Assembly (NCBI GenBank): GCA_046262515.1
Contig: JBHEMP010000070.1
Location: forward strand, 1 to 45,981
Direction: 5' to 3'
DNA: 45,981 nt
From: Candidatus Dormibacteria bacterium
GTDB lineage: Bacteria; Chloroflexota; Dormibacteria; DASZGP01
This document shows, piece after piece, positions 30,573 to 39,517 of the stretch. The first letter of the stretch is position 1, and each line of letters begins with the position of its first letter. The position numbers were made by a program, and so were the translations under genes. The notes under the pieces were generated by a model. The model was given only the letters and a program-made list of their open reading frames with translations, was not told the DNA's origin and did no database searches.

Positions 30573-31799
30573 TTGAGCATCCAGTTCTTTCCCTCGGAGC
30601 GCGCCAGCGTCGGGGTGGAGATGGAGCTGGAGCTGGTCGACCGGGACAGCCGCGAGCTGCGGTCCGTGGCCAGCGAGGTTCTTGACGAGATGGGACGCGG
30701 GCACCCGGACGGGGTGCACCCGACCGCCAAGCACGAGTTGATGGAATCCTGCGTGGAGATCCTGACCGGGGTCAACCTCACCGTGAGGGCGGCCCAGGCG
30801 GAGCTGGCCCGGACCCTCGCCGAGGTCCGCACGCACACCGCCCCGAGGAACCTCGAACTCCTCTGTTCCGGGACCCACCCGTTCACCGACTGGGCGACCC
30901 AGGACATCAGCCCCTCGGAGCGCTACCGCCAGCTTGTCAGGGACATGCAGTGGTTGGCCCGCCGCATGCAGATCTTCGGCGTCCACGTGCACTGCGGCGT
31001 CCGCGCGCCGGAAAAGGCCATCCCCATCGTCAACGCGATGACCGCATACATCCCGCATTTCCTGGGGTTATCGGCCTCCAGCCCCTACTGGATGGGAAGG
31101 GACACCGGGCTGGCCTCCAGTCGCGCAAAGGTTTTCGAGGGTCTGCCCACGGCCGGGATTCCCTACCAGCTCTCGGGATGGGATGAGTTCGAGCGCTTCA
31201 TGGGCACCCTCATCGCGGCCCGCACGATCAAGACCATCCGCGAGGTCTGGTGGGACATCCGCCCCCACCCCAACTTTGGCACCGTCGAGTTGCGAGTGTG
31301 CGACGGCCTGCCGACCCTCCATGAGGTTGGCGCCGTGACCGCCCTCTTCCAGTGCCTCGTCCACCGCATGGACACCCAGCTGGACCAGGGCTACGAGCTG
31401 CCCATGCCGAGCGAATGGGTGGTCCGCGAGAACAAGTGGCGGGCCGCCCGGCACGGCATCGAGGCGGAGGTCATCGTCGACGAGAGCGGCGCCACCCGCG
31501 AACTCAAAGGGGCGCTCCTGGAGTTGGTGGAGGAGCTGGAGCCGATGGCCCGCCGCCTGGAGTGCGAAGAGGAGCTTGGCCGCCTCCCCGGCATCATCGA
31601 GCGAGGCCCGAGCTACACCCGCCAGCGCGAGGTGATCGCCTCAGGGGGAAGCCTTATCGACGTCGTCGACAGCCTCGTCGAGGAATTGAAGTCGGACCGG
31701 CTCGGCGAACGGCGCCCACCATCGGGGGTCCCGCCCCGGGGTCCGCTTCCTCCCTCCGAGACCCCTACCCTCTCAGGACCCAGCCGGGAGGGTGAGTAA
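30573..31799 (+). CDS. YbdK-type carboxylate-amine ligase (glutamate-cysteine ligase family 2)
   Basis: VGVEMELELVD, GTHPF, FGVHVH, SASSPYW, WWDIRPHP, TVELRVCD and ENKWRAAR. Confidence 0.92.
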   Translation: MSIQFFPSERASVGVEMELELVDRDSRELRSVASEVLDEMGRGHPDGVHPTAKHELMESCVEILTGVNLTVRAAQAELARTLAEVRTHTAPRNLELLCSGTHPFTDWATQDISPSERYRQLVRDMQWLARRMQIFGVHVHCGVRAPEKAIPIVNAMTAYIPHFLGLSASSPYWMGRDTGLASSRAKVFEGLPTAGIPYQLSGWDEFERFMGTLIAARTIKTIREVWWDIRPHPNFGTVELRVCDGLPTLHEVGAVTALFQCLVHRMDTQLDQGYELPMPSEWVVRENKWRAARHGIEAEVIVDESGATRELKGALLELVEELEPMARRLECEEELGRLPGIIERGPSYTRQREVIASGGSLIDVVDSLVEELKSDRLGERRPPSGVPPRGPLPPSETPTLSGPSREGE

Positions 31800-32924
31800 A
31801 AGCTCCTCCAGCATCGCCGCCAGCATCGCCGCGCGCTCGGGGATCGCGTCCACGACGACGTATTCACCCTCGCCATGGGCCAGGTCACCCACCGCGCCCA
31901 GCCCATCAAGTGTGGGGACCCCCATGGCGGCGGTGAAGTTTCCATCGGACCCCCCCGGGACAAAGGCCGCGCCCGGGGCGACCAGCCCCATCCCCGCCGC
32001 CAACCGCGCCAGCCGCTCATAGAGTGGCTCACCGAAGGAGGCCGGGAAGGGAGGCCGGTTGGGCCCTCCACTGACCTCAACGCGCAGGCGCGGGTCGGCG
32101 GCGCCGAGGCCGCGCATGGCAGCCAGGACCCGCTGCTCCTCCGCCGCGGTCGCCACACGGCAGTCGGTGTAGAACCAGGCGCGGTCCGGGATCGTGTTCT
32201 GGGTCACCCCGCCTTGCAGCAGGGTGGGGGTCACCGTGGTCCCCGCGGCCCGGTCGCCGAAAGTTTCAACCTGCAGCATCAGGCGGGCCGCCTCCAGGCT
32301 GGCGTTGGCGCCGCGCGCAGGGTCAGAGGCGTGTGCGGCGACGCCGTGCACCGTCACGTCGTACATGGAGACACCCTTGCGCCCCGTCTTGACGGCGCCG
32401 CCGGCGGCCGCGGGCTCGGTAATCAGCGCCGCCGCCGCTCCCATTGCGGACGATTCCACGAGGTGGCGTGACGTCTTCGACCCGAGCTCTTCGTCGGACG
32501 TCAGGAGCAGCGTCAGCCCGGCGCGCTCCTCGAGCGCGGCCGCTGCGTACAGGGACTGGACCACGCCGGCCTTCATGTCGAATACGCCAGGGCCGGTGGC
32601 GCGCCCCTCCTGGACGCTGAAGGGCCACCGCGCCAGCGTTCCGACCGGCCAGACGGTGTCAAAGTGCCCCACCAGCAGGACGCGGGTGGAGGCTCCAAAG
32701 CGCCAGCGGAGGTGGACCCGCCCCGACGCCACGACGCGCTCCGGTGACGCTCCCAGCAACTCCGCCCCCATGGCGGCCACCGCATCGGCGCAGAGGCTGG
32801 TCGCGGCGAGGTCCGCCGATGGTGATTCAACGCCGACCAGGGTCTCGAGGGCTGCCAGCATTCGGGGGGTACCTGAGCGCATGTCCTCCAGGAGGCGGCT
32901 CAACCTGTCCGGGCTTGCGGTCAC
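31773..32924 (-). CDS. M20 metallopeptidase (carboxypeptidase G2-like)
   Basis: GHFDTVW, GPGVFDMKAG, SDEELGS, GGSDGN and DGLGAVG..AH. Confidence 0.92.
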   Translation of the reverse strand: MTASPDRLSRLLEDMRSGTPRMLAALETLVGVESPSADLAATSLCADAVAAMGAELLGASPERVVASGRVHLRWRFGASTRVLLVGHFDTVWPVGTLARWPFSVQEGRATGPGVFDMKAGVVQSLYAAAALEERAGLTLLLTSDEELGSKTSRHLVESSAMGAAAALITEPAAAGGAVKTGRKGVSMYDVTVHGVAAHASDPARGANASLEAARLMLQVETFGDRAAGTTVTPTLLQGGVTQNTIPDRAWFYTDCRVATAAEEQRVLAAMRGLGAADPRLRVEVSGGPNRPPFPASFGEPLYERLARLAAGMGLVAPGAAFVPGGSDGNFTAAMGVPTLDGLGAVGDLAHGEGEYVVVDAIPERAAMLAAMLEELLLTLPAGS

Positions 32925-32965
32925 GTCCTCAAATCTACGCGCCCGGGCGGCGCGGCGAGGGGTAT

Positions 32966-33676
32966 TTAGTAGATGAACACAACCAGCGGGACCTGCCCCA
33001 TGCGGATGTGGCGCGTCGAGGTCACGCCAAAGCCGCGGTAGTTCATTTCGGACACGGTCCAGCCATTCCCATCGGCGTCCACCGCCTCGACATACGCAAC
33101 GTGTCCATAGCCACTCTCACGGGTGACCATGATCGCGCCGACGCGGGGGGCCTGACCCTCTGGGAAGCCCATCGCCGCCGCATTGACGCCCCATTCGATG
33201 GCATTGCCCATCCACGGGACGTACCGCCGGGTCGAGACGTACCACGTGCACCAGCCCCAGCTGAAGTGGCCGCCAGAGCCGGCCGCAGGCGCGGCCTCGG
33301 CGAAGGGGCGGACCGGGGGCGGCGGCGCGGCCGGTGCGGCCGGGGCGGGGGCGGCTGGGGCGGCTGGGGTGGCGGCGTCGGCGACCGCGGGTGGGGCGGC
33401 CGCGGGCAGCACCGGGCTGTGCTCGCGAACGCGGTCGGCCTGCAGCTCGGCCGGAAGGACCAGCACACGCGCGGAGGCGCCGCCGGCGACGACTCCGCCG
33501 TGGGCCGAGGCGGCGGTGAGTACAAAGGGTGCAAAAGCGGCGCCAAGGACGACCGCGTGGCTGAGCAGGCGGGCCACCGGGCGGCGCGCGCGGGCGCGCC
33601 AGACGTGCCCGGCGCCGTCGCTGGCAGCCACGACATACCCGTTCCTGACCTCGACGGTGATCGACTCGAATTGCAT
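32966..33676 (-). CDS. CHAP-domain protein
   Basis: GWCTWYV, GNA..W, YGHVAYVE and VSEMNY; Ala/Pro linker; GGAGG RBS. Confidence 0.88.
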   Translation of the reverse strand: MQFESITVEVRNGYVVAASDGAGHVWRARARRPVARLLSHAVVLGAAFAPFVLTAASAHGGVVAGGASARVLVLPAELQADRVREHSPVLPAAAPPAVADAATPAAPAAPAPAAPAAPPPPVRPFAEAAPAAGSGGHFSWGWCTWYVSTRRYVPWMGNAIEWGVNAAAMGFPEGQAPRVGAIMVTRESGYGHVAYVEAVDADGNGWTVSEMNYRGFGVTSTRHIRMGQVPLVVFIY

Positions 33677-33868
33677 CGTCGTCCCCTCCGGGTGAATGCC
33701 CGGCGAGCGGCGCGACGTCGTGATTTACTCACGCGCCAGCAACAGCCACCCGATTCCCGCCTGGTGAACCGTGACCCCTCACGGCCCCTTTCCCGTACCA
33801 GTCGAGCGCTTCGACCTTACATGACGGCGGCGTCAGATTCAAATTGCCCGGTGATAACCTCCCCCTCC

Positions 33869-35155
33869 ATGCCAGAGCCGGCGTCCCTGCGCGTGGCGCT
33901 GCTGACCTACCGCGGGAACCCCAATTCCGGCGGCCAGGGGGTCTATGTCCGGCACCTCTCGCGGTCCCTCACCGCGCTCGGCCACCATGTCGAGGTCTTC
34001 TCGGGCCAGCCTTATCCGCGCCTCGACCCGGGCATCGAATTGGTCAGGGTCGCGGGGCTTGACCTGTACAACGCTGACCACCCCTTCCGTGTGCCCCGAC
34101 CGTCCGAGTTGAAGGATTGGATCGACGAGCTGGAGTGGGAGATGATGCGTGCGGGTCGGTACCCCGAGCCACTGACCTTCAGCCACCGCGTCCGCCGCCT
34201 CCTGCGGGAACGGGTGGACGAATTCGACGTGGTCCACGACAACCAGGTGCTGGCAACGGGGATCCGCGGTATGCAGGAGGACGGTCACCTGGTGATGGCG
34301 ACCATGCACCATCCCCTCGCGGTGGATCGGGAACAGGCCGGCCGCGAGAACCCGGGACATGCCGCCGCAACAGCACGGTGGTACGACTTCCTGTCGATGC
34401 AGGACGAGGTGGCTCGCGGCATGCCCCTGGTCCTCACGGTCTCGGAGTCCGCCGGCCGTGACATCGTGGAGCGGGTAGGCCTGGACGCCGCCCGAATTCG
34501 CGTGACTCCACTGGGCGTGGACACGACGGTGTTCCGTCCCCGACCGGGGCTGGCGCAGCGTCCCGGCCGGGTCTTCACCATGGCCGCCGCGCACATCCCT
34601 CTGAAGGGCCTGCGCATCCTTATCGAGGCCCTGGCGATAGTGCGCAGGGCACGGCCGGATGCCCACCTCGTCGTGGTGTCGCGGCCGTGGAAGGACACCG
34701 CGATCCCCGGCCTCCTTGCCAACCTGGGCCTGGAGGCGGCGGTCACCCTGCTCAGCGACGTCAGTGACGAGCGGCTGGGCGAGGAATACGCGCTCTCCGA
34801 ACTGGCGGTGGTGCCTTCGCTGTATGAAGGTTTCTCGCTACCCGCGGTGCAGGCAATGGCCAGCGGCGTGGCACTCGTGGGCACCACCGCGGGCGCCCTC
34901 CCGGAGGTCGTGGGCGACGACGGGTCATGCGCCACCCTGGTCCCTCCCGGGGAGCCGGCGTCCCTGGCGGAGGCCATCACGGCCCTGTTGGCCGACCCCG
35001 CCCGACGGACCGCCCAGGCCGACGCCGGTCGGGAGCGCGTGCTGCGCCGGTATGACTGGCGGTCCTGCGGCCTGCAGACCGTGGCTGCCTACCGCGAACT
35101 GTTGGAAGGGGCAGGTACGCTCCCAGTCCTGAAAGCCAAGCCCCCGCGGAGGTAG
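33869..35155 (+). CDS. Family 4 glycosyltransferase
   Basis: GGQGVYV, VHDNQ, LKG and PSLYEGFSLPAVQAMA; real start near ATG 33869. Confidence 0.9.
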   Translation: MPEPASLRVALLTYRGNPNSGGQGVYVRHLSRSLTALGHHVEVFSGQPYPRLDPGIELVRVAGLDLYNADHPFRVPRPSELKDWIDELEWEMMRAGRYPEPLTFSHRVRRLLRERVDEFDVVHDNQVLATGIRGMQEDGHLVMATMHHPLAVDREQAGRENPGHAAATARWYDFLSMQDEVARGMPLVLTVSESAGRDIVERVGLDAARIRVTPLGVDTTVFRPRPGLAQRPGRVFTMAAAHIPLKGLRILIEALAIVRRARPDAHLVVVSRPWKDTAIPGLLANLGLEAAVTLLSDVSDERLGEEYALSELAVVPSLYEGFSLPAVQAMASGVALVGTTAGALPEVVGDDGSCATLVPPGEPASLAEAITALLADPARRTAQADAGRERVLRRYDWRSCGLQTVAAYRELLEGAGTLPVLKAKPPRR

Positions 35156-35158
35156 CCC

Positions 35159-36118
35159 ATGCCCATCTTCGACCTGCCCCTGGAGGCACTGCACGACTAC
35201 GCCGGGCGCAACCCGCGTCCGGCCGGCTTCGACGCCTTCTGGGACCAGGGCCTGGCGGAGATGCGGGCGGTCGACCCGGACGTGCGCATCGAACCCGCCG
35301 GTCCGGCGGCTCCCTTCGCGGAATGCGCCGACCTCTGGTTCACCGGGGTGGGCGGAGCTCGTCTGCACGCCAAGTACGTCCGGCCGCTGAGCGCAGCCGA
35401 TGGCCACCCCGCGGTCCTGCAATTCCATGGGTACTCGGGCAGCAGTGGCGACTGGAGCGACAAACTGGCCTATGCGGCGCGCGGATTCACCGTCCTGGCG
35501 CTGGACTGCCGCGGCCAGGGAGGTTTCTCCCAGGACCCGGGCGGCGTGACCGGGAACACCCTTTCCGGGCACATCATCCGCGGACTGGAGGACGGCCCCG
35601 AGAAGCTCTACTACCGGCAGGTGTTCCTCGACTGCGCCCAGCTGGTGTCGGTGGCGATGTCCTTGCCCGGTGTCGATCCCGGCCGCATCGGCGCTTTCGG
35701 GGGCTCCCAGGGAGGTGCGCTGACGCTGGCGTGCGCCGCGCTCGAGCCCCGCGTCAAACTGGCCGCGCCCTGGTACCCCTTCCTGTCCGACTACCAGCGG
35801 GTATGGGAGATGGACCTGGCGATCGCGGCGTACGAGGAGCTGCGCGCCCACTTTCGAAGCTTCGACCCCTGTCATGAGCGCGAGGAGGAGATCTTCACCC
35901 GGCTCGGTCATATCGACGTCCAGCACCTGGCGCCCCGTATCCAGGCCCGGGTGCTGATGGCTGTCGGGCTGATGGACACCGTCTGCCCGCCGTCCACCCA
36001 GTTCGCCGCGTACAACAAGATCCAATCGCCAAAAGAACTCGTCATCTACCCGGACTACGGGCACGAGGCGTTGCCCGGGTGGGCGGACCGGGTATGGGAC
36101 TTCATGGGCGGCCTCTAG
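35159..36118 (+). CDS. Acetylxylan esterase / cephalosporin-C deacetylase (CE7)
   Basis: FHGY, RGQ, GGSQGG, D.VCPPSTQ and GHE. Confidence 0.93.
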   Translation: MPIFDLPLEALHDYAGRNPRPAGFDAFWDQGLAEMRAVDPDVRIEPAGPAAPFAECADLWFTGVGGARLHAKYVRPLSAADGHPAVLQFHGYSGSSGDWSDKLAYAARGFTVLALDCRGQGGFSQDPGGVTGNTLSGHIIRGLEDGPEKLYYRQVFLDCAQLVSVAMSLPGVDPGRIGAFGGSQGGALTLACAALEPRVKLAAPWYPFLSDYQRVWEMDLAIAAYEELRAHFRSFDPCHEREEEIFTRLGHIDVQHLAPRIQARVLMAVGLMDTVCPPSTQFAAYNKIQSPKELVIYPDYGHEALPGWADRVWDFMGGL

Positions 36119-36124
36119 GCGCGC

Positions 36125-38515
36125 TTACACCCGCAAATCGTTCGGACCTGGGCGCAACGCAACCGGGACACCGCCCAGGTCAAGCAGCCCCTTCGTCGAA
36201 TCCGGCAGGTGCACGGTGCCGCGAAGGGTGTCCCCATGCCGTTCGATTTCTACGCTGACCAACCCGCGCGGGGTGGGGACCGCGCCCGCAACCCGCTCCA
36301 GCCCGGCGAGCCGGGGCGCAACCAGGACCTCGGCGAAGCCCGGCGCGGAGGGACGGACCCCGAGGACGTGGGCCAGCAGGTCGTAGGTCGGGGTCGCCGA
36401 CCATGCGTGGGCGTGGCTGCGCTCCGCTCCCCCGCCGGCAACCCAGTGCTCCCAGAAGGCCCCGTCTCCGGTCTGCTCGAACTGCGCCCATCGCCGGAGC
36501 GAGGCCAGCAGCAGGTCGTGGCGCCCGCAGGCGGCCAGCGCCTGGTGCACGAAATGGGCGAAAAAGGGCTGGGCGGCGAGAACATGGCGGCCGGGGTCGA
36601 AGCCAGGCGGTAGCACCCAGCGCCCCATGGGGCCCCCCTCCAGGACGGCGTCGCGGGCAAGCCCAGGATCCATCGCCACCTCCATGAGCGCAGATGCCTC
36701 CTCACCGTCAACAAGACCCGCCAGCACCGCGACGGCAGCGGCGTGCTGCGTGGCGATTCCAGGTCCTGGTTGCTCGACAAAGCGTCCGTCCGGCCCCCGG
36801 AAGCGGCGCAGGCCCGCCTCCAACTGGGCCGCACGCCCGCGGGCGCGGTCAGCCGCGTCAAGGCGACCGAGGGCGTCGGCCATCCAGGCCTGGTCCCGGA
36901 GGGCCAGCAGAAGGAGCCCCTGCATGGTCGCCGTCGGCGCATCGAGGGGCACGGGCCACCACTCCACGAAGGGCCACCCGGGGAGCGCTCCCAGTGCGCC
37001 ATCCTCGACGAAATCCCAGAACCAATCCGCGATCCTGGTCGTTGCCGGGAACAGTTCGTCGACGAGCCCCAGGTCACCGCCCTGCCGGTACGCCGCGGAC
37101 AGGCCGCGGATCCAGTGCAGCGAGGCGTCAGGGATGGTCTCCGGCTCCACCGTGAAGTCCCCCGCCGCGACCATGGGCAATAGCCCGTCGGGGCGGTGGA
37201 AAGCCGCCGCCATGCGCAGCGCGTGGGAGGCGAGGCGATGGTCCCGGGAGAGCGCTCGAACGAGGATGCCGGTGAGGAAGGAATCGGCGGTCCAGGCGCG
37301 CTGTTCGCGTCCCGGGCAGTCGATGAAAGCGTCCGTGCAGCAGAGCTGGATGGTCCGCGCCCCGGTCGCCCAGGCCCGGTCCAGGACAGGGTCACTGGAT
37401 TCAAAGCGGGCGTCGATCGACAACGGGTACAGGCGTTCACGAATCGTCGCGTCGAGAATTTGCGCCCGCCCTCCGCGAACCCCAACCTGGAGGTACCGCA
37501 GACCGAAGGCCTCGAAGGGGGCGACGGTGTTGCGTCCCGCCGTCGCAACGTGGCGATGCGCCCACATCCGTTCCGGCTCGAGAACCCCTCCGCCCGCCGA
37601 CACGTGTTCGCCGGCGCGAAGCAGGATCTCGGTCCCCGCCGCCGCGTCCACCTCCAACTCCACCAACCCCATCACGACGCCGCCCATGTCCAGCACCAGC
37701 GCGTCCCCATCCTCCAGGGCCTGCTTCGGGGCCACCGGGGGCCCCTCGACCTGCGCTTCGCCGGCGGCGTCGTACACCGGGTCCCGGGGCAGGGGCGACG
37801 GGGCCGCCGCGTCGGCGCCGAGTCGGCCCCGGCGGGCCAGCGCGGCGCCACGACGATGCTCCTGTGGGGCCGGCAGGGGAGCAGCCGCGACGGCGGTGAA
37901 GGGAACCGCGGGGAGGGATGCCGGCGAATCAATCATGGGCGCCCCGCTCAGGACCACGACCGGCGCCCACGCGCGATCGTCGTAGCCCGCTGACCTCCAC
38001 CCGGCGGTCAGCGGGGCATCGTGATCCTCGTTGGGCGGGCCGATGGGAAGTCGCCTCCCGGGCGCATTGCTACTCCTGGCCTTCCAGCCGGCGCCGCTAC
38101 GGAAGTCGGAGACCTCGCTTTCGGCAATCAATCCACCCCTGCCAAGCCCGGCATAAGGCGTGGCCGGGCGCCACCAGGGAACCGCGGAACCATAATGCCG
38201 GACCAGCACGCATAGGGCGTTCTCACCCGTGCGCAGCCCGCGCAGGAGGTCGTACTCGTCCCAGTAAAGGCTCCCGGCCTCTGCGCGCTGCGGCCCGCGA
38301 CCCAGCTCCTCTCCGTTCAGCCAGGCGATGTATCGACCGTCTGCCGTCAGACGCAAGGCGGCTGCCCCTGGGACCTCCGCCAGCACGACGCGGCGGCGCA
38401 ACATCACAAATCGATCCGGTGGCGGGTCTCCCGGGGGCGAAAGACGGCTGACGTCCGGCGGCCGCTCGTCCCAGATCCAGTGGGCCTCCCACCGCGTCCG
38501 CCACCGCACGCGCAC
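36125..38515 (-). CDS. GH78-like (alpha-L-rhamnosidase family) glycoside hydrolase
   Basis: TADGRY..NG, DCPGREQRAW.AD, FWE, SHAHAWS and PTPRG; start may be GTG 38509. Confidence 0.82.
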   Translation of the reverse strand: MRVRWRTRWEAHWIWDERPPDVSRLSPPGDPPPDRFVMLRRRVVLAEVPGAAALRLTADGRYIAWLNGEELGRGPQRAEAGSLYWDEYDLLRGLRTGENALCVLVRHYGSAVPWWRPATPYAGLGRGGLIAESEVSDFRSGAGWKARSSNAPGRRLPIGPPNEDHDAPLTAGWRSAGYDDRAWAPVVVLSGAPMIDSPASLPAVPFTAVAAAPLPAPQEHRRGAALARRGRLGADAAAPSPLPRDPVYDAAGEAQVEGPPVAPKQALEDGDALVLDMGGVVMGLVELEVDAAAGTEILLRAGEHVSAGGGVLEPERMWAHRHVATAGRNTVAPFEAFGLRYLQVGVRGGRAQILDATIRERLYPLSIDARFESSDPVLDRAWATGARTIQLCCTDAFIDCPGREQRAWTADSFLTGILVRALSRDHRLASHALRMAAAFHRPDGLLPMVAAGDFTVEPETIPDASLHWIRGLSAAYRQGGDLGLVDELFPATTRIADWFWDFVEDGALGALPGWPFVEWWPVPLDAPTATMQGLLLLALRDQAWMADALGRLDAADRARGRAAQLEAGLRRFRGPDGRFVEQPGPGIATQHAAAVAVLAGLVDGEEASALMEVAMDPGLARDAVLEGGPMGRWVLPPGFDPGRHVLAAQPFFAHFVHQALAACGRHDLLLASLRRWAQFEQTGDGAFWEHWVAGGGAERSHAHAWSATPTYDLLAHVLGVRPSAPGFAEVLVAPRLAGLERVAGAVPTPRGLVSVEIERHGDTLRGTVHLPDSTKGLLDLGGVPVALRPGPNDLRV

Positions 38516-38617
38516 AACCTAACACCGTGGGCATCTGGACCGGCCTGAGCACCACGCCTCTCGCCGGTGTCCTCATCGGCCTCCTGTGGTGAGACGCGGC
38601 ACTAGAATCCGCCACTC

Positions 38618-39517
38618 ATGAGCCCTGGGGCGGTGCTGGCCTTCGACATCGGCGGGACACGCATCAAGTCGGCGGTGGTGGTCGACGGGCGGGTCGTGGG
38701 GCTGCGGCGAGATCCAACACCGGCCACCTACGCGGCCACGCTGGAGTGCCTGCCCGAACTTGGGACGGAACAGCGGGCCACCCAGCCGGCCGTCACCCAC
38801 GTCGCGGCCTGCGTTCCCGGCATTGTGAACGCTGACGGCCGCATCGCGTCTCTACCCGGCAAGCTGCCAGGAGCCGAGGGCCAGAACCTGCGCACCGCGC
38901 TCGAGGACGCCTTCCACCTCCCCGCGTCCGTCTGCAACGACGCGCTGGCATATGGCAGCGGCGAGGCGGTGGCGGGCGCCGGCCGCGGACAGCGCCGGGT
39001 GGTCGTGGTGACCATCGGGACCGGGGTGGGGGTGACCGTTTGCGAAGACGGGGTGCCGCTGGGTGAAGGTCCCTTCGGTGGAGGGATCCTCGGTGGCCAG
39101 ATCCCGATCCTCGCCGAGGGGGGAGGGCTCCGCGACACCAGCGGCCGCAGCGGCACCATCGAGGCGGTGTGCCGGGCGGAGCGCCTGGTTGACTACACTC
39201 GTGAGGCTGGCGGCGCCGCCTTCTCGCCAACCGAGGTCATGAGCGCGCTGGCGGAGGGCGACCCGGCGGCCGGCGCCGGAGTGGCGCGCTACCGCGCCCT
39301 GCTCGCCCAGGCGCTGGTTGCGCTGGCCCACGCGCACGGGCCGGATGTGATCGTCGTCGGGGGCGGACCGGCGGGCCCGGGTTCGGCCATTCTGGAAGGG
39401 ATAGAGGAGGTCATGACGCCGCGGCTCTTCGGCAACTACAGGGTGAGGGTGCGCCTCGCTGAAGGCGGCGACGGGGCGGCGCTCCTCGGACTCGCCCACC
39501 TCGCGCTCACCACTTGA
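38618..39517 (+). CDS. ROK-family sugar kinase
   Basis: DIGGT, ND, TIGTGVG, G.IE and VGGG. Confidence 0.88.
   Translation: MSPGAVLAFDIGGTRIKSAVVVDGRVVGLRRDPTPATYAATLECLPELGTEQRATQPAVTHVAACVPGIVNADGRIASLPGKLPGAEGQNLRTALEDAFHLPASVCNDALAYGSGEAVAGAGRGQRRVVVVTIGTGVGVTVCEDGVPLGEGPFGGGILGGQIPILAEGGGLRDTSGRSGTIEAVCRAERLVDYTREAGGAAFSPTEVMSALAEGDPAAGAGVARYRALLAQALVALAHAHGPDVIVVGGGPAGPGSAILEGIEEVMTPRLFGNYRVRVRLAEGGDGAALLGLAHLALTT

Noticed and set aside
33285-33410. GC-rich quasi-repeats
   Set aside because: They encode the Ala/Pro linker of the CHAP protein.
32744-33868. N-terminal extension of the 803-aa GT4 ORF
   Set aside because: Antisense to the CHAP and M20 genes, with no domain signal.
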